This document shows positions 29,086 through 39,809 of a DNA stretch of 64,000 nt, in pieces; within the stretch, counting starts at the first letter, position 1, and the number at the start of each line of letters is the position of its first letter. A model generated the notes under the pieces. That model was not told the origin of the DNA and did no database searches. It saw only the letters and a program-made list of their open reading frames with translations. The position numbers were made by a program, and so were the translations under genes. Source of the DNA: Dehalococcoidia bacterium (lineage in GTDB: Bacteria > Chloroflexota > Dehalococcoidia > Lucifugimonadales > GCA-002694895); NCBI GenBank assembly GCA_029936815.1, contig JAPYRX010000004.1, forward strand, positions 20,423-84,422. Reading direction: 5' to 3'.

Positions 29086-32000
29086 TTGATAAATAATAAT
29101 AAAATTACAATTATTGATGGAGCAATGGGTACATCAATACAAAACCTCAATTTAGAATCTGCAGACTTTAATGGTGATGAATATGAAGGGTGTAACGAAT
29201 ACCTTAATATCACAAGTCCTCAAAATATAGAATTAGTTCATCAATCTTTCATTAACGTCGGAGCGGATATTATTGAAACCAATTCATTTGGTGGAACTCC
29301 TATGGTTTTGGATGAATATGGATTGTCCGATAAAGCTGAAGAAATTAATTACCTAGCTTCCAAAATTGCTAAACGAGTCGCAAACAAATCTTCGAATATA
29401 TTAGTTGCTGGAAGTATGGGGCCTACAACTAAATTATTAGGACTAACACAAATTAAAACTGCAGATATTACATTTGATTATTTAATTGAAAACTACAGAG
29501 TCCAGGCTAGAGGATTAATAGATGGAGGTGCTGACTTATTATTGATTGAAACATCTCAAGACATATTAAATGTTAAAGCGGCAATAGAAGGTATTAATCA
29601 CGCTAAATCTGATTTATCTATTAAATCCATTCCCTTTGCTGTTCAATGTACTATAGAAAATATGGGAACAACATTGTCTGGGCAAGATATTGAAACTTTT
29701 TATTTAACTATTAGACATCATGACATGTTATGGGTAGGAATGAATTGTGCAACAGGCCCTAAATTTATGCGAGAGCACCTTAGAACTTTAAACCAAATTT
29801 CTACGCACCCTATAGCCCTAATTCCAAATGCTGGATTACCTGATGAAACAGGTACTTATAATGAATTACCAAAGGAATTTTCTAAAACAATTAAAGAATA
29901 CATAGATTATGGATGGGTAAATATCATTGGAGGTTGTTGTGGGACAGAACCTGCTCATATAAACGAGTTGAAAAATATTACTAAAGACAGTAATTCTGTT
30001 TTTGACGTTAATACCAATATTGATAAAATGAAAACCTCTCATTACACTACAGGGTTAGATACTTTATATGTTGATGAAGATTCAAAACCAATTTTAGTTG
30101 GTGAAAGAACTAATGTATTAGGATCAAGAAAATTTAAAAGATTAATTGAAAATGATGATTTTGATCAAGCATCAGAAATTGGGAAATTACAAATAACTTC
30201 AGGCGCTAATGTACTTGATGTATGTTTGCAAAATACTGACCGGAATGAGATTGAGGATATTAGAATTTTCCTTGAAAAATTAACATCTAAAATTAAAGCA
30301 CCTATAATGATTGACTCCACTGACCCTGAAGTTATAAAAGAATCATTAAAACTATGCCCAGGGAAAATCATAATTAATAGTATTAACTTAGAAGATGGAG
30401 AAGAAAAATTTCAAAATATTATTCCATATGCTAAAAAATTTGGAGCTTTAATAATTATAGGCTGTATAGATGAAGATAAAGAACAGGCACAAGCTATTAC
30501 TAAGCAAAGAAAACTAGAAATTGCGAAACGATCTTATGATTTATTAGTGAACAAATATCAATTCCCAGGGAATCATATTATATTTGATCCATTAACTTTC
30601 CCAATTGGAACTGGAGATGTGAATTATATGGATTCTGCGAAAGAAACAATTGAAGGAATCAGGCTAATTAATGAACAATTACCCTTAGCAAAAACTATCC
30701 TTGGTATTTCAAATGTTTCTTTTGGATTGCCAAGTAATGGAAGAGAAGTTTTAAACTCTGTTATGTTAAATCATTGTTTGAATGCCGGATTAGACTATGC
30801 AATTGTAAATACACAAAGTTTAAAGAGATTTAATAGCTTGTCTAAAGATGAGATCGATTTCTCTAATAACTTAATCTATAAAAATTCACAAAATTCTTTA
30901 GATATATTTGTAGATCACTTTAGAACTAAACCTAAACAAGTTATCACTAAAAAAAATATCCCATGGGATCAATTTCTCACTGAATCTATAATCACTGGAT
31001 CTAAAAATGAAATAATTCAAAATTTAGATAAAGGATTAAAGGAATACAAACCTCTAGAAATTATTAACGACGCATTAATGAAAGGTATGGATGTTGTATC
31101 TGAACTATTTGGAAATAATGAACTCATAGTTGCTGAAGTTTTACAATCTGCTGAAGTGATGAAAGCCTCTGTAACTTATCTTGAACAATTTATGGAAAAA
31201 TCAGATAGTTTTAACAAAGGAACTGTGATTCTTGCTACAGTTAAAGGTGACGTACATGATATTGGTAAAAATCTTGTTGATATAATTCTTTCAAATAATG
31301 GTTATAAAATTATTAATCTAGGTATCAAAATCACATCTCAAGAATTGATTCAATCATACAAAGAGCATAAACCTGATTTCATTGGTTTGTCTGGCCTTTT
31401 AGTCAAATCTGCTCAAATGATGGTAGAAACAGTAGAAGACCTTAATAAAGAACAAATATCAATTCCTATATTAGTAGGGGGAGCAGCTCTTACTGAAAAA
31501 TTTACATACTTGAAAATTTTCCCTTCATACAAAAATACTGTAATTTATGCTACTGATGCAATGTCGGGATTAAATATTATTAATTCCCTTAATGATAATG
31601 ATAAAAAAGATGCCTTATTTGAAAGAATTGATAATAAAATTAAATCATTTAAAGATAATATGATTATCAACAAAATAAAAACTAATAAATCCACTTCTTC
31701 AAAACCTAAAACTAAATTATCTGCTATATCTAATGTCCCACAACCCCCAGATTTAAAAGTAAATACATTAAAATTACCATTAGAACAAGTTTGGGACCTA
31801 ATTAATCCTGTCATGTTATTTAATCGCCATCTCGGATACAGAGGCAATTTCACAAATGATTTGAATGATAAAAATGAAAAAGCTATGAATTTGAATGATA
31901 GTGTTAAAAATGTTAAAAAAAATCTATTAGAGTCTAATGATTTTAGTGCAAATGTCGTATATAAATTTTTCAAAGCACAATCTGATAATGATGATATTGT

Positions 32001-32562
32001 TATATTTGAATCTGATAAAGAAATCGAAAGATTTAAATTCGGTAGGCAATCGGAGAAAGATCAACTTTGCTTATCAGATTATCTTAATCCGATTGATTCT
32101 AAAACAGATGATTACATTTCTATGTTTGTGACAACATTTGGCCCAAATATTAGAGAATTATCTGATTTTCACTCAAATAAAGGCGAATTTTTAACTTCAC
32201 ATATAATTTTATCTTTAGCTTTAGAAACTGCAGAATCATCAGCCGAATATATTCACAAAAATATCAGAAAAATGTGGGGAATTCCTGATCCCATAAATAT
32301 TCCAAATACAGATATCTTTAAAGCAAAATATATTGGCAAAAGATTTTCGTTTGGATATCCAGCATGCCCTAGATTAGAGGATCAATCTAAATTATGGAAA
32401 TTATTAAAGCCTGATGAAAATATTGGTGTTAATTTGACTGAAGAATATATGATGGATCCAGAAGGTTCAGTAAGTGCAATTGTTTTCCATCATCCTGAAG
32501 CTAAGTATTTCAACTTAGACTCAGAAAGTATTTATAATTTAAATAACAAATTAAATGTTTAA
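29086..32562 (+). CDS. metH: Cobalamin-dependent methionine synthase, full length (Hcy, pterin, B12 and AdoMet-activation domains)
   Basis: 1158 aa. Motifs are IIDGAMGT, GGCCGT, the B12-binding GDVHDIGKN, and a C-terminal reactivation domain (FGYPACP). Only a TTG at 29086 is available as a start, because the frame opens at 29074 after a TAA. Confidence 0.95.
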   Translation: MINNNKITIIDGAMGTSIQNLNLESADFNGDEYEGCNEYLNITSPQNIELVHQSFINVGADIIETNSFGGTPMVLDEYGLSDKAEEINYLASKIAKRVANKSSNILVAGSMGPTTKLLGLTQIKTADITFDYLIENYRVQARGLIDGGADLLLIETSQDILNVKAAIEGINHAKSDLSIKSIPFAVQCTIENMGTTLSGQDIETFYLTIRHHDMLWVGMNCATGPKFMREHLRTLNQISTHPIALIPNAGLPDETGTYNELPKEFSKTIKEYIDYGWVNIIGGCCGTEPAHINELKNITKDSNSVFDVNTNIDKMKTSHYTTGLDTLYVDEDSKPILVGERTNVLGSRKFKRLIENDDFDQASEIGKLQITSGANVLDVCLQNTDRNEIEDIRIFLEKLTSKIKAPIMIDSTDPEVIKESLKLCPGKIIINSINLEDGEEKFQNIIPYAKKFGALIIIGCIDEDKEQAQAITKQRKLEIAKRSYDLLVNKYQFPGNHIIFDPLTFPIGTGDVNYMDSAKETIEGIRLINEQLPLAKTILGISNVSFGLPSNGREVLNSVMLNHCLNAGLDYAIVNTQSLKRFNSLSKDEIDFSNNLIYKNSQNSLDIFVDHFRTKPKQVITKKNIPWDQFLTESIITGSKNEIIQNLDKGLKEYKPLEIINDALMKGMDVVSELFGNNELIVAEVLQSAEVMKASVTYLEQFMEKSDSFNKGTVILATVKGDVHDIGKNLVDIILSNNGYKIINLGIKITSQELIQSYKEHKPDFIGLSGLLVKSAQMMVETVEDLNKEQISIPILVGGAALTEKFTYLKIFPSYKNTVIYATDAMSGLNIINSLNDNDKKDALFERIDNKIKSFKDNMIINKIKTNKSTSSKPKTKLSAISNVPQPPDLKVNTLKLPLEQVWDLINPVMLFNRHLGYRGNFTNDLNDKNEKAMNLNDSVKNVKKNLLESNDFSANVVYKFFKAQSDNDDIVIFESDKEIERFKFGRQSEKDQLCLSDYLNPIDSKTDDYISMFVTTFGPNIRELSDFHSNKGEFLTSHIILSLALETAESSAEYIHKNIRKMWGIPDPINIPNTDIFKAKYIGKRFSFGYPACPRLEDQSKLWKLLKPDENIGVNLTEEYMMDPEGSVSAIVFHHPEAKYFNLDSESIYNLNNKLNV

Positions 32563-33721
32563 TATAAATAATAATATATTAAACGTTGACTCTCCTCCTA
32601 TCGACTATTTCAATAATTTACTTTCAAAAAACTCTAACCCAAATTATAATCCAATATCTTTTGGGCATGGTATTCCCAGGTTTACTCCAATTGATTATTT
32701 TGATTTTAATAATAACCCCATTTTCGAACCTTCTTCTTATAAATATAGTGAAATTAGAGGACACGTAAAAATACGTCAATTTATATCAAACAAATTAAAT
32801 TTGAAATTAAATGTCAAAGCTGACTTGGATAATTTTATTATTACATCAGGTGCGAACAGTGCATTATTTAAAGCCCTGTTTTTAAAATTAGAACAAGGAG
32901 ATGAAGTTATTGTTCCTAGCCCTGTATATTTTAATCATATTATGGCAATTCAAATGATTGGCGCTATCACAGTTGAAATTGATTCCATTGAAAAAAATGG
33001 GTTTCAACTAAATATTCCTGGAATAATCAATCAAATTAATGATAAAACTAAAGTTATCATTTTAAACTCCCCGAATAATCCTACAGGAGCTATTTATGAT
33101 ATTAATGACATTAAACATTTGTCAGAAATTTGTTTAAAGAAAAACATTACAATTATTCTTGATTATACTTATGAAGATTATATTTATGGAACAGATTATA
33201 ACCCTCTTCAAATTTTCAATTCTTTTGAAAATTTGATTATAGTAGGAAGCTTTTCAAAAACATTCGGTATTACTGGCTTAAGAATCGGTTACATATGTGC
33301 TGATCCACACCTAATCGATAATCTTTGCAAAATTCAAGATACTATTTCAATTTGCGCTCCTGTGATTTCTCAAAATATATTATTAGAGTTAATTCAATCT
33401 GAATCTAAGGCTATAAATAAAAACAAATTATCAGCAGAATTTTCCCGTAATAAATTGATTGAATTAATCAAAACCATCCCACAACTAGAATGGATCACAA
33501 CTAAGGGGGCATTTTATGCATTCCTTAAACTACCAAAAGAAATGAATTCTTGGGAATTTACTAGAGACTTAATTGTTAATAAATCTGTTTTAGTATTACC
33601 AGGTACTATATTTGGAGAAACGTGGAAATCATATATTAGAATTGCTTATGGAGCTGTAGACTCAGATGAAATTGATGAAGGTATTCATCGTATTAAAAAC
33701 TATTTAGAGGAAACTACATAA
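32555..33721 (+). CDS. Class I/II PLP-dependent aminotransferase
   Basis: NSPNNPTG and the PLP lysine motif SFSKTFGITGLRIGY are present, plus the C-terminal RIAYG. It overlaps the metH stop by 8 nt. Confidence 0.85.
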   Translation: MFNINNNILNVDSPPIDYFNNLLSKNSNPNYNPISFGHGIPRFTPIDYFDFNNNPIFEPSSYKYSEIRGHVKIRQFISNKLNLKLNVKADLDNFIITSGANSALFKALFLKLEQGDEVIVPSPVYFNHIMAIQMIGAITVEIDSIEKNGFQLNIPGIINQINDKTKVIILNSPNNPTGAIYDINDIKHLSEICLKKNITIILDYTYEDYIYGTDYNPLQIFNSFENLIIVGSFSKTFGITGLRIGYICADPHLIDNLCKIQDTISICAPVISQNILLELIQSESKAINKNKLSAEFSRNKLIELIKTIPQLEWITTKGAFYAFLKLPKEMNSWEFTRDLIVNKSVLVLPGTIFGETWKSYIRIAYGAVDSDEIDEGIHRIKNYLEETT

Positions 33722-33752
33722 TTCCTTAATTATTTATTATGATAATTAGATC

Positions 33753-34442
33753 ATGTCAAAAAACATTTTAGTAGTAGAAGACGACGAAAATGTTGCTAAT
33801 TTAGTAACAACATATTTTAAAAATGAAAAATGGAATGTTTCCAAAGTTTTCAATGGTGAAGAAGCTTTAGAAATCGCATATGAAAATTCGTATGATTTAA
33901 TAATTTTAGATTTGATGCTCCCAAAATTATCTGGATTAGAATTTATTAAAGAATATAGAAAAGAATTTAATACGCCTGTGATAATGCTAACTGCTAAAAT
34001 TACTGAACAAGATATAATTCAAGGATTAGATTTGGGTGCAGACGATTATGTCACCAAACCTTTTAGTCCCAAAGAGCTTGTTTCACGAGCTAAAGCTGTT
34101 TTCCGCAGAATTGATAAACAAAATATTTTTGCAGAAAAGAAGATTTTATCCATCAAAAATCTTCAAATCGATGTTAATCTTAAAATAGTATTGATAGATA
34201 ATAAGAACGTGAAATTAACGCCTAAAGAGTTTTCAATTTTACAAAACTTGTGTTCTTATCCTGGTAAAATATATTCTCGTCAAGAAATCATAGATACTGT
34301 GTTCGGATTCGATTTCGATGGTTTTGATAGAACAATAGATACTCATATTGCAAATTTAAGAAAAAAACTTAAAATTGCTGATCCTCAGAATGAATATGTT
34401 GAATCTGTATATGGTTTAGGGTACAGGTTGGTTGATGCATAA
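33753..34442 (+). CDS. OmpR/PhoB-family response regulator
   Basis: The receiver domain shows ILVVEDD, the phospho-acceptor DLIILDLMLP, and LTAK. The winged-helix domain shows LTPKEFSIL and GLGYRL. Confidence 0.9.
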   Translation: MSKNILVVEDDENVANLVTTYFKNEKWNVSKVFNGEEALEIAYENSYDLIILDLMLPKLSGLEFIKEYRKEFNTPVIMLTAKITEQDIIQGLDLGADDYVTKPFSPKELVSRAKAVFRRIDKQNIFAEKKILSIKNLQIDVNLKIVLIDNKNVKLTPKEFSILQNLCSYPGKIYSRQEIIDTVFGFDFDGFDRTIDTHIANLRKKLKIADPQNEYVESVYGLGYRLVDA

Positions 34443-35856
34443 ACATATTGTTAAATTTGTTAAATTTGTTAATAGTCTTATTTTCAAAATTACATTTTCT
34501 TTTACCATTGTTTTAGTAGGTTGCTTATTATCTCTAGGATTTTATGTTCGATATATTGCCAATGTCGAATCTCAAAATTTGCAAAATGAATATAATACTA
34601 TCAAAGTGAAAAGGATTGAAAATTTGATAGATTCTATATCTTTGGACCCTAATACTAATTTAAATGCAGTTCAAAGAAAATTAATGGATTACTCACAAAT
34701 ATCCGGTACATTCATTACCTTGTATGATCAAAACAATAAAAAAATATTTGACTCCTCAAAAGGTTTTTATTATAACAAGTCTATTGCTAATCCCGTTTTT
34801 CAAGTTATTCCAACAAGAAATGGAAATATGGTAGTAGAAGTTGATTTGAAATCTACTAATAATTCTTCTAATAGTGTTCTAGCTATACAATCATTGTCTG
34901 TTACTGATTCTGAGTCTAACCAATTACTAATTGATCCACCAATTACAAATATTGCTACACAAATCATTAAATCTTTAACGCTCATTGGTCTTCTTGCATT
35001 AATAACATCTGTGTTTATTACCTGGATGATATCAAAAACTACTTTAACACCTCTTATTAGTGTGATTGATAGATCTAAGAGATTAAGTAGAGGTGATTTT
35101 TCGAATAGAATTACTGTTAAGGCTCAAGGAGAGGTAGGTGAACTTATAGAAGCATTTAATTATATGGCAGATGAATTAGAAAGTATTGATAAACAAAGAA
35201 AAATTATGATAGCTGATATTGCCCATGAATTGAGAACTCCTATAACAAACCTTAAAGGTTATATTGAAGGATGGTCTGATGGAGTAATTAAACCTAACAA
35301 TGAAACTTTAGAGATTCTTAATTTACAAGTAGTTAATCTCTCTAAACTGATTGAAGACTTAAGTACCTTATCTTTGGCTGAATCAGGGATGTTAAAAATG
35401 GATATTACGGAATTTAATTTATATTTTGAAATCAATAATATTGTTAATTTATTTAAACCAAGATTTTATGATAATGATATTACGGTAATTAATAAGGTAG
35501 GCAAAACAGTAGCTATAAAATATGACCTGCAACGTTTCACACAAATTATCACAAATCTTTTGAATAATTCTTTGTTAGCAATGGATGAAAACAAAGGAAG
35601 TATTTCTTTTGAATCAGATATAAAATATAGTAAGGTTTACCTTACTATAACTGATACTGGGAAAGGAATTTCAAGTGATCATTTACCACATATCTTCGAA
35701 AGATTTTATAGAGTAGATAATTCTAGAGATAGGAAATCAGGAGGTAGTGGGTTGGGACTTTCTATTGTTAAAAATCTTATTGAATCTCATAGTGGGAAAA
35801 TCAATATTACTAGTGAAATAAATGAAGGCACATCAGTTATTATAGAAATCAAGTAA
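34432..35856 (+). CDS. Sensor histidine kinase (TM-periplasmic-TM-HAMP-HisKA-HATPase)
   Basis: The H-box is IADIAHELRTPIT, the N-box is LLNNSL, and the G-boxes are DTGKGI and GGSGLGLSIV. It overlaps the regulator gene by 11 nt. Confidence 0.9.
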   Translation: MMHKHIVKFVKFVNSLIFKITFSFTIVLVGCLLSLGFYVRYIANVESQNLQNEYNTIKVKRIENLIDSISLDPNTNLNAVQRKLMDYSQISGTFITLYDQNNKKIFDSSKGFYYNKSIANPVFQVIPTRNGNMVVEVDLKSTNNSSNSVLAIQSLSVTDSESNQLLIDPPITNIATQIIKSLTLIGLLALITSVFITWMISKTTLTPLISVIDRSKRLSRGDFSNRITVKAQGEVGELIEAFNYMADELESIDKQRKIMIADIAHELRTPITNLKGYIEGWSDGVIKPNNETLEILNLQVVNLSKLIEDLSTLSLAESGMLKMDITEFNLYFEINNIVNLFKPRFYDNDITVINKVGKTVAIKYDLQRFTQIITNLLNNSLLAMDENKGSISFESDIKYSKVYLTITDTGKGISSDHLPHIFERFYRVDNSRDRKSGGSGLGLSIVKNLIESHSGKINITSEINEGTSVIIEIK

Positions 35857-35875
35857 TTTCATTAAATTACTTGAT
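35848..35875. terminator. Perfect 12-bp inverted repeat spanning both stop codons of convergent genes (candidate bidirectional terminator)
   Basis: atcaagtaattt (35848..59), loop catt, then aaattacttgat (35864..75). The arms are exact reverse complements. The hairpin includes the kinase TAA (35854..56) and the dehydrogenase stop (35862..64). Confidence 0.4.
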
Positions 35876-36836
35876 GTAATAAATTGTCATCGTTGTTTTT
35901 CAAACGTTTAATATTTTCAACAATTATCTCAGGCACAACTGTCTCATAATTTGGAGTTTCACCAGCAGTATGTGGAGTTATTATTACATTTTCGTAATTC
36001 CATAGAGGATTGTTAATATCTAAAGGTTCTGTAGAGAGATGATCTAATGCGGCGCCCTTAATTTGTTTGTTCTCTAAAGCCTGAATTAAATCTTCTTCAT
36101 TTACACAACCACCTCTTGCAACATTAATTAAATAGGATTCATCTTTCATATTATCAAAGATGTTTTTATTAATGACTTTTTCAGTTTCGTTGTTTAAAGA
36201 TGAACTGATGATTAAATAATCAGCTTCTTTAGCAGCATTTACCAACTCACTTGTATGAACTAATGAATCAGTGTATTCCGATTTGACATCCAAGTTTCTT
36301 TTAACACCAATTACGTACATATCAAAACTTTTACAAAATTTTGCTATCGTATTTCCTATATCACCTAATCCAAAAATTACTGCAGTTTTACCATTTATTT
36401 CAGCTTGTCTTTCTTTTGGATCTGAAATGAAAGGGGCCCAAAACTTTTTACTTTGGTTATCTCTAGCTATATGAAGGAATCTTGATAGTGAAAGAATTAA
36501 ACTCATTGTGTGTTCTGCTACAACTATTTTATTTAACCCAACTGCATTACATAATTTGATATTTCTATCTTTTAATTTATTTAAATCAAACGCGTCATAT
36601 CCTACGCCTGTTAATTGAATGTAGTTCAAATTTGTAGCTAAATCTATTAGGTCATTATTCCATATCCCCGAAACACACAACACATCAACATTGGAAATAT
36701 TTTTTCTTAAATCTTCATATGTATAAACCTGGTTAGATTTCTGTAATTGATTAAGAGCTTTAAATCCTTTATCTAATTGATAACTCCCGTGTGCAAATAA
36801 TATAGAAATATCTTTATCGTTAATGTATTTATTCAT
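35862..36836 (-). CDS. D-isomer-specific 2-hydroxyacid dehydrogenase (NAD-binding)
   Basis: The Rossmann motif is FGLGDIGN. The catalytic R...E...H pattern is seen in INVARGGCVNEEDL and ITPHTAG. Confidence 0.85.
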   Translation of the reverse strand: MNKYINDKDISILFAHGSYQLDKGFKALNQLQKSNQVYTYEDLRKNISNVDVLCVSGIWNNDLIDLATNLNYIQLTGVGYDAFDLNKLKDRNIKLCNAVGLNKIVVAEHTMSLILSLSRFLHIARDNQSKKFWAPFISDPKERQAEINGKTAVIFGLGDIGNTIAKFCKSFDMYVIGVKRNLDVKSEYTDSLVHTSELVNAAKEADYLIISSSLNNETEKVINKNIFDNMKDESYLINVARGGCVNEEDLIQALENKQIKGAALDHLSTEPLDINNPLWNYENVIITPHTAGETPNYETVVPEIIVENIKRLKNNDDNLLHQVI

Positions 36837-37659
36837 AATTTTCTTTGAAAACCTTTTTTAAATTTAGATAAACTGGTAGATCTATTATATTATTTTTAAA
36901 TATAAATGAACCAACACCTTTCTTGGATAATGATTCATATTTTATTATAATTTTTATTATATCTTTTTCATCGTATATAACTTTATTAAAAACATCATTT
37001 ATTATTTCTAATTGATCAGGATGAACCGCTAGTTTAGCTTTAAATCCCATTGATTTCGAAGTCAAACATGATTCTTTAAATAATTTTGTGTTGTTTAAAT
37101 TTAATTCGGGAGTATCGATTGGATAGCATTTATTAATCAGAGCATTTAGAACAAATTTTTGTTTTATATGATTTATAAGATAATTTTGTTCCTCAGGATC
37201 AATATTCAATTCTAAACTAAAATCATATTTACCAAATGAAATAAATTTTAAATCGTTTTGTTTTATTAAATTTTGCATGTTATCTATTCCATTCATAGAT
37301 TCAATAAGAGGAATAATTTCTAAAGTATCATTAATTGATTTAATATATTGGATTAACTTTGAAAAATAGTTGAAATCATTAGTAAATGGGATCATAAGAC
37401 CATGAATGTTTAGCTTGCTTAGTTCATCAACCTGTGTGTTATTCCATTCATAATTAGAAGAATTATGAATTCTAGGATAAATATACTTATTATTGGAATT
37501 ATTATTGTTAATTATATTAATTATATTTTGTAGAGCACCTGATTTACTTTTGTCAGGGACTGAATCTTCAAGATCAGGAATTATGGCGTAAGCTTTGCTA
37601 TTTAATCCATTAATTAAGTATTTACTTACATTGGCAGGACAGAATAAATATGAACTCAT
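36829..37659 (-). CDS. CitE-like (citryl/malyl-CoA lyase beta-subunit family) HpcH/HpaI-fold lyase
   Basis: The N-terminus is LFCPANVSKYL...IIPDLEDSVP and is characteristic of CitE-like lyases. PLIES and AVHPDQ motifs are present. Confidence 0.65.
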   Translation of the reverse strand: MSSYLFCPANVSKYLINGLNSKAYAIIPDLEDSVPDKSKSGALQNIINIINNNNSNNKYIYPRIHNSSNYEWNNTQVDELSKLNIHGLMIPFTNDFNYFSKLIQYIKSINDTLEIIPLIESMNGIDNMQNLIKQNDLKFISFGKYDFSLELNIDPEEQNYLINHIKQKFVLNALINKCYPIDTPELNLNNTKLFKESCLTSKSMGFKAKLAVHPDQLEIINDVFNKVIYDEKDIIKIIIKYESLSKKGVGSFIFKNNIIDLPVYLNLKKVFKENYE

Positions 37660-37694
37660 AATGTTATAATATTTGTGTTTAAATTAGGTGTACT

Positions 37695-39200
37695 TTGTAT
37701 AGTAGTAGAATTTCCAACATTGATCAAATAATAAAACTATATTCTAAACAAAACCCAAATAAAATTTGTTTAATATATGAAAATATAGATTTAGGTTATT
37801 CAGAGCAATTAACCTACAAAGAATTTGATAAATATATATCGAAAGCTTCTAATTTTTTAATTGCAAAAAAATTGAAATTAAAATCTAAGTTGATGATTTC
37901 TTTACCTAATTCATTGGTACATTTGATATTTTTGTTTGCATGCTTCAGATCTGGAATCATTGCTGTTACAGTAAACCCAAATTTAACTGACCGTGAATTA
38001 AAATATCAATTTAACAAATCAAAATCAGATTTGATTATTTCGATTGATGATAAATCTCAAATTACTAAGAATAATATTTTACTAAATGATATTTCTCTAA
38101 ATTATTTAGACGATTTTTTAGATCGATTTGATTCAACTTATCCTGAAATTAAATTAAAAGGTGAAGATGAGGCATCAATTCTATTCACTTCTGGTACTAC
38201 TAATTTACCCAAAGGTGTTATATCCACTCAATATTCATACTTAAATAAAATTTTAAATGTGACAGCGCATTTGAAAATGAATTCAGAGGATAGGCATTAT
38301 TTAACGTTACCAATTTTTCATACTAATGGCCAATATTCATTGTTAGCTATCATGTCTGTAGGTGGATCAGCTTTAATCACATCTAAATTTTCAACCAGTA
38401 ATTATTTTAAACTTGCTAGAAAACATAAAGTTACTTTGAGCACATTGTTTGCTTCTACTATTCGTATGCTTCTTATGTATAAAAAATCAAAATATGATAA
38501 AGAACATAACATTAGGCTTATTATGTATGCTCAATCTGTTTCTCAACTAGAATTAGATGAATGGAATTCCAAATTTAATATAAATATAATTCAAATTTAT
38601 GGTATGAGTGAAACTACTGGAATGATTTCAGCAAATCCTCTCACTAACAATAGAAATTTGAGCATGGGAAAAGTTTTACCTATGTATGATTATAAAATTC
38701 TAAATAACCAAAGACAATTAACTAAATCTTATGAAATTGGAGAATTATTAATAAAAGGAGAAAAAGGAATTTCATTTATGAAAGGATATATAGACGATAA
38801 GGCGTCAACTAATGATGTAATTATAAATAATTATTTACATACAGGTGATATGGTTTACAAAGATGATGATGATTATATTTATTTTGTCGACAGAAAAAAT
38901 GATGTTATAAAGAGAAGCGGAGAAAATATCTCAACTGTTGAAATTGAAAATGTATTAATTAATTGTAAACATGTTAAAAATGTTTCTGTAGTGGGAATCC
39001 CAGATAAAATTATGGATTACACAATAGTTGCTTTTATTATTCCAAATGATACAAATATTGATATAAATGATATTAAAGAATTTTGTAGAATAAATTTAAT
39101 TCCATATAAAATACCAGAAAAGTTTTTGATTGTTGATTCATTTCCTACAACTTCAGTTGGAAAGATTCAAAAATATAAATTGATAGAGGAGTATTTGTAG
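37695..39200 (+). CDS. AMP-dependent acyl-CoA synthetase/ligase (ANL family)
   Basis: FTSGTTNLPKGV, YGMSETTG, TGDM, DRKNDVIKRSGENIS and the C-terminal GKIQKYKL are present. The start is TTG, 4 nt after AGGTG. Confidence 0.85.
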   Translation: MYSSRISNIDQIIKLYSKQNPNKICLIYENIDLGYSEQLTYKEFDKYISKASNFLIAKKLKLKSKLMISLPNSLVHLIFLFACFRSGIIAVTVNPNLTDRELKYQFNKSKSDLIISIDDKSQITKNNILLNDISLNYLDDFLDRFDSTYPEIKLKGEDEASILFTSGTTNLPKGVISTQYSYLNKILNVTAHLKMNSEDRHYLTLPIFHTNGQYSLLAIMSVGGSALITSKFSTSNYFKLARKHKVTLSTLFASTIRMLLMYKKSKYDKEHNIRLIMYAQSVSQLELDEWNSKFNINIIQIYGMSETTGMISANPLTNNRNLSMGKVLPMYDYKILNNQRQLTKSYEIGELLIKGEKGISFMKGYIDDKASTNDVIINNYLHTGDMVYKDDDDYIYFVDRKNDVIKRSGENISTVEIENVLINCKHVKNVSVVGIPDKIMDYTIVAFIIPNDTNIDINDIKEFCRINLIPYKIPEKFLIVDSFPTTSVGKIQKYKLIEEYL

Positions 39201-39809
39201 ATGTATTACGAAGTAAATGATGAAAATAAATGGTTAAAACATTATAAAAGCATAATTGTCCCGCGACCTATTGGTTGGATTACATCAAAAAACAAAAATG
39301 GAATAATTAATTTAGCTCCATATAGTTTCTATAATGCAATTTCTACAAACCCTCCAATGGTTGTAATTGGACCTGGAGGTTATAGTAAATCAGGTTCAAA
39401 TAAAGATACGTTACTCAATATTGAATTAAATAAAGAATTTGTGTGTAATTTTGTAAATTGGGATTTACGTGACATCATGAACTTATCTTCATACTCATAT
39501 AAAAATAATGAAAGTGAGGCTGACGAATTAAATATTGAATTAGAGGATTCTATTAATGTTGATATCCCTCGAGTAAAGTTATCACCTGCTCACTTTGAAT
39601 GCAAACTATATAAAATTGTAGAATTACCACCAGATTCAAGAGGACATCCAAATCATATTATTATTGGCTCGATTATGGGTATAAATATAAAAGATGAGAT
39701 AATGAATGATGGAAAAGTAGACATATCAAAATTGAAACCAATCTCAAGAATGGGATACGACGATTATGCGTTGATCAATACTATTTTTAAAATGGATAGA
39801 CCAAGATGA
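39201..39809 (+). CDS. Flavin reductase-like FMN-binding domain protein
   Basis: PRPIGWITS...NLAPYSFYNAISTNPPMVVIG matches the split-barrel flavin reductase family. The start follows immediately after the ligase stop. Confidence 0.7.
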   Translation: MYYEVNDENKWLKHYKSIIVPRPIGWITSKNKNGIINLAPYSFYNAISTNPPMVVIGPGGYSKSGSNKDTLLNIELNKEFVCNFVNWDLRDIMNLSSYSYKNNESEADELNIELEDSINVDIPRVKLSPAHFECKLYKIVELPPDSRGHPNHIIIGSIMGINIKDEIMNDGKVDISKLKPISRMGYDDYALINTIFKMDRPR

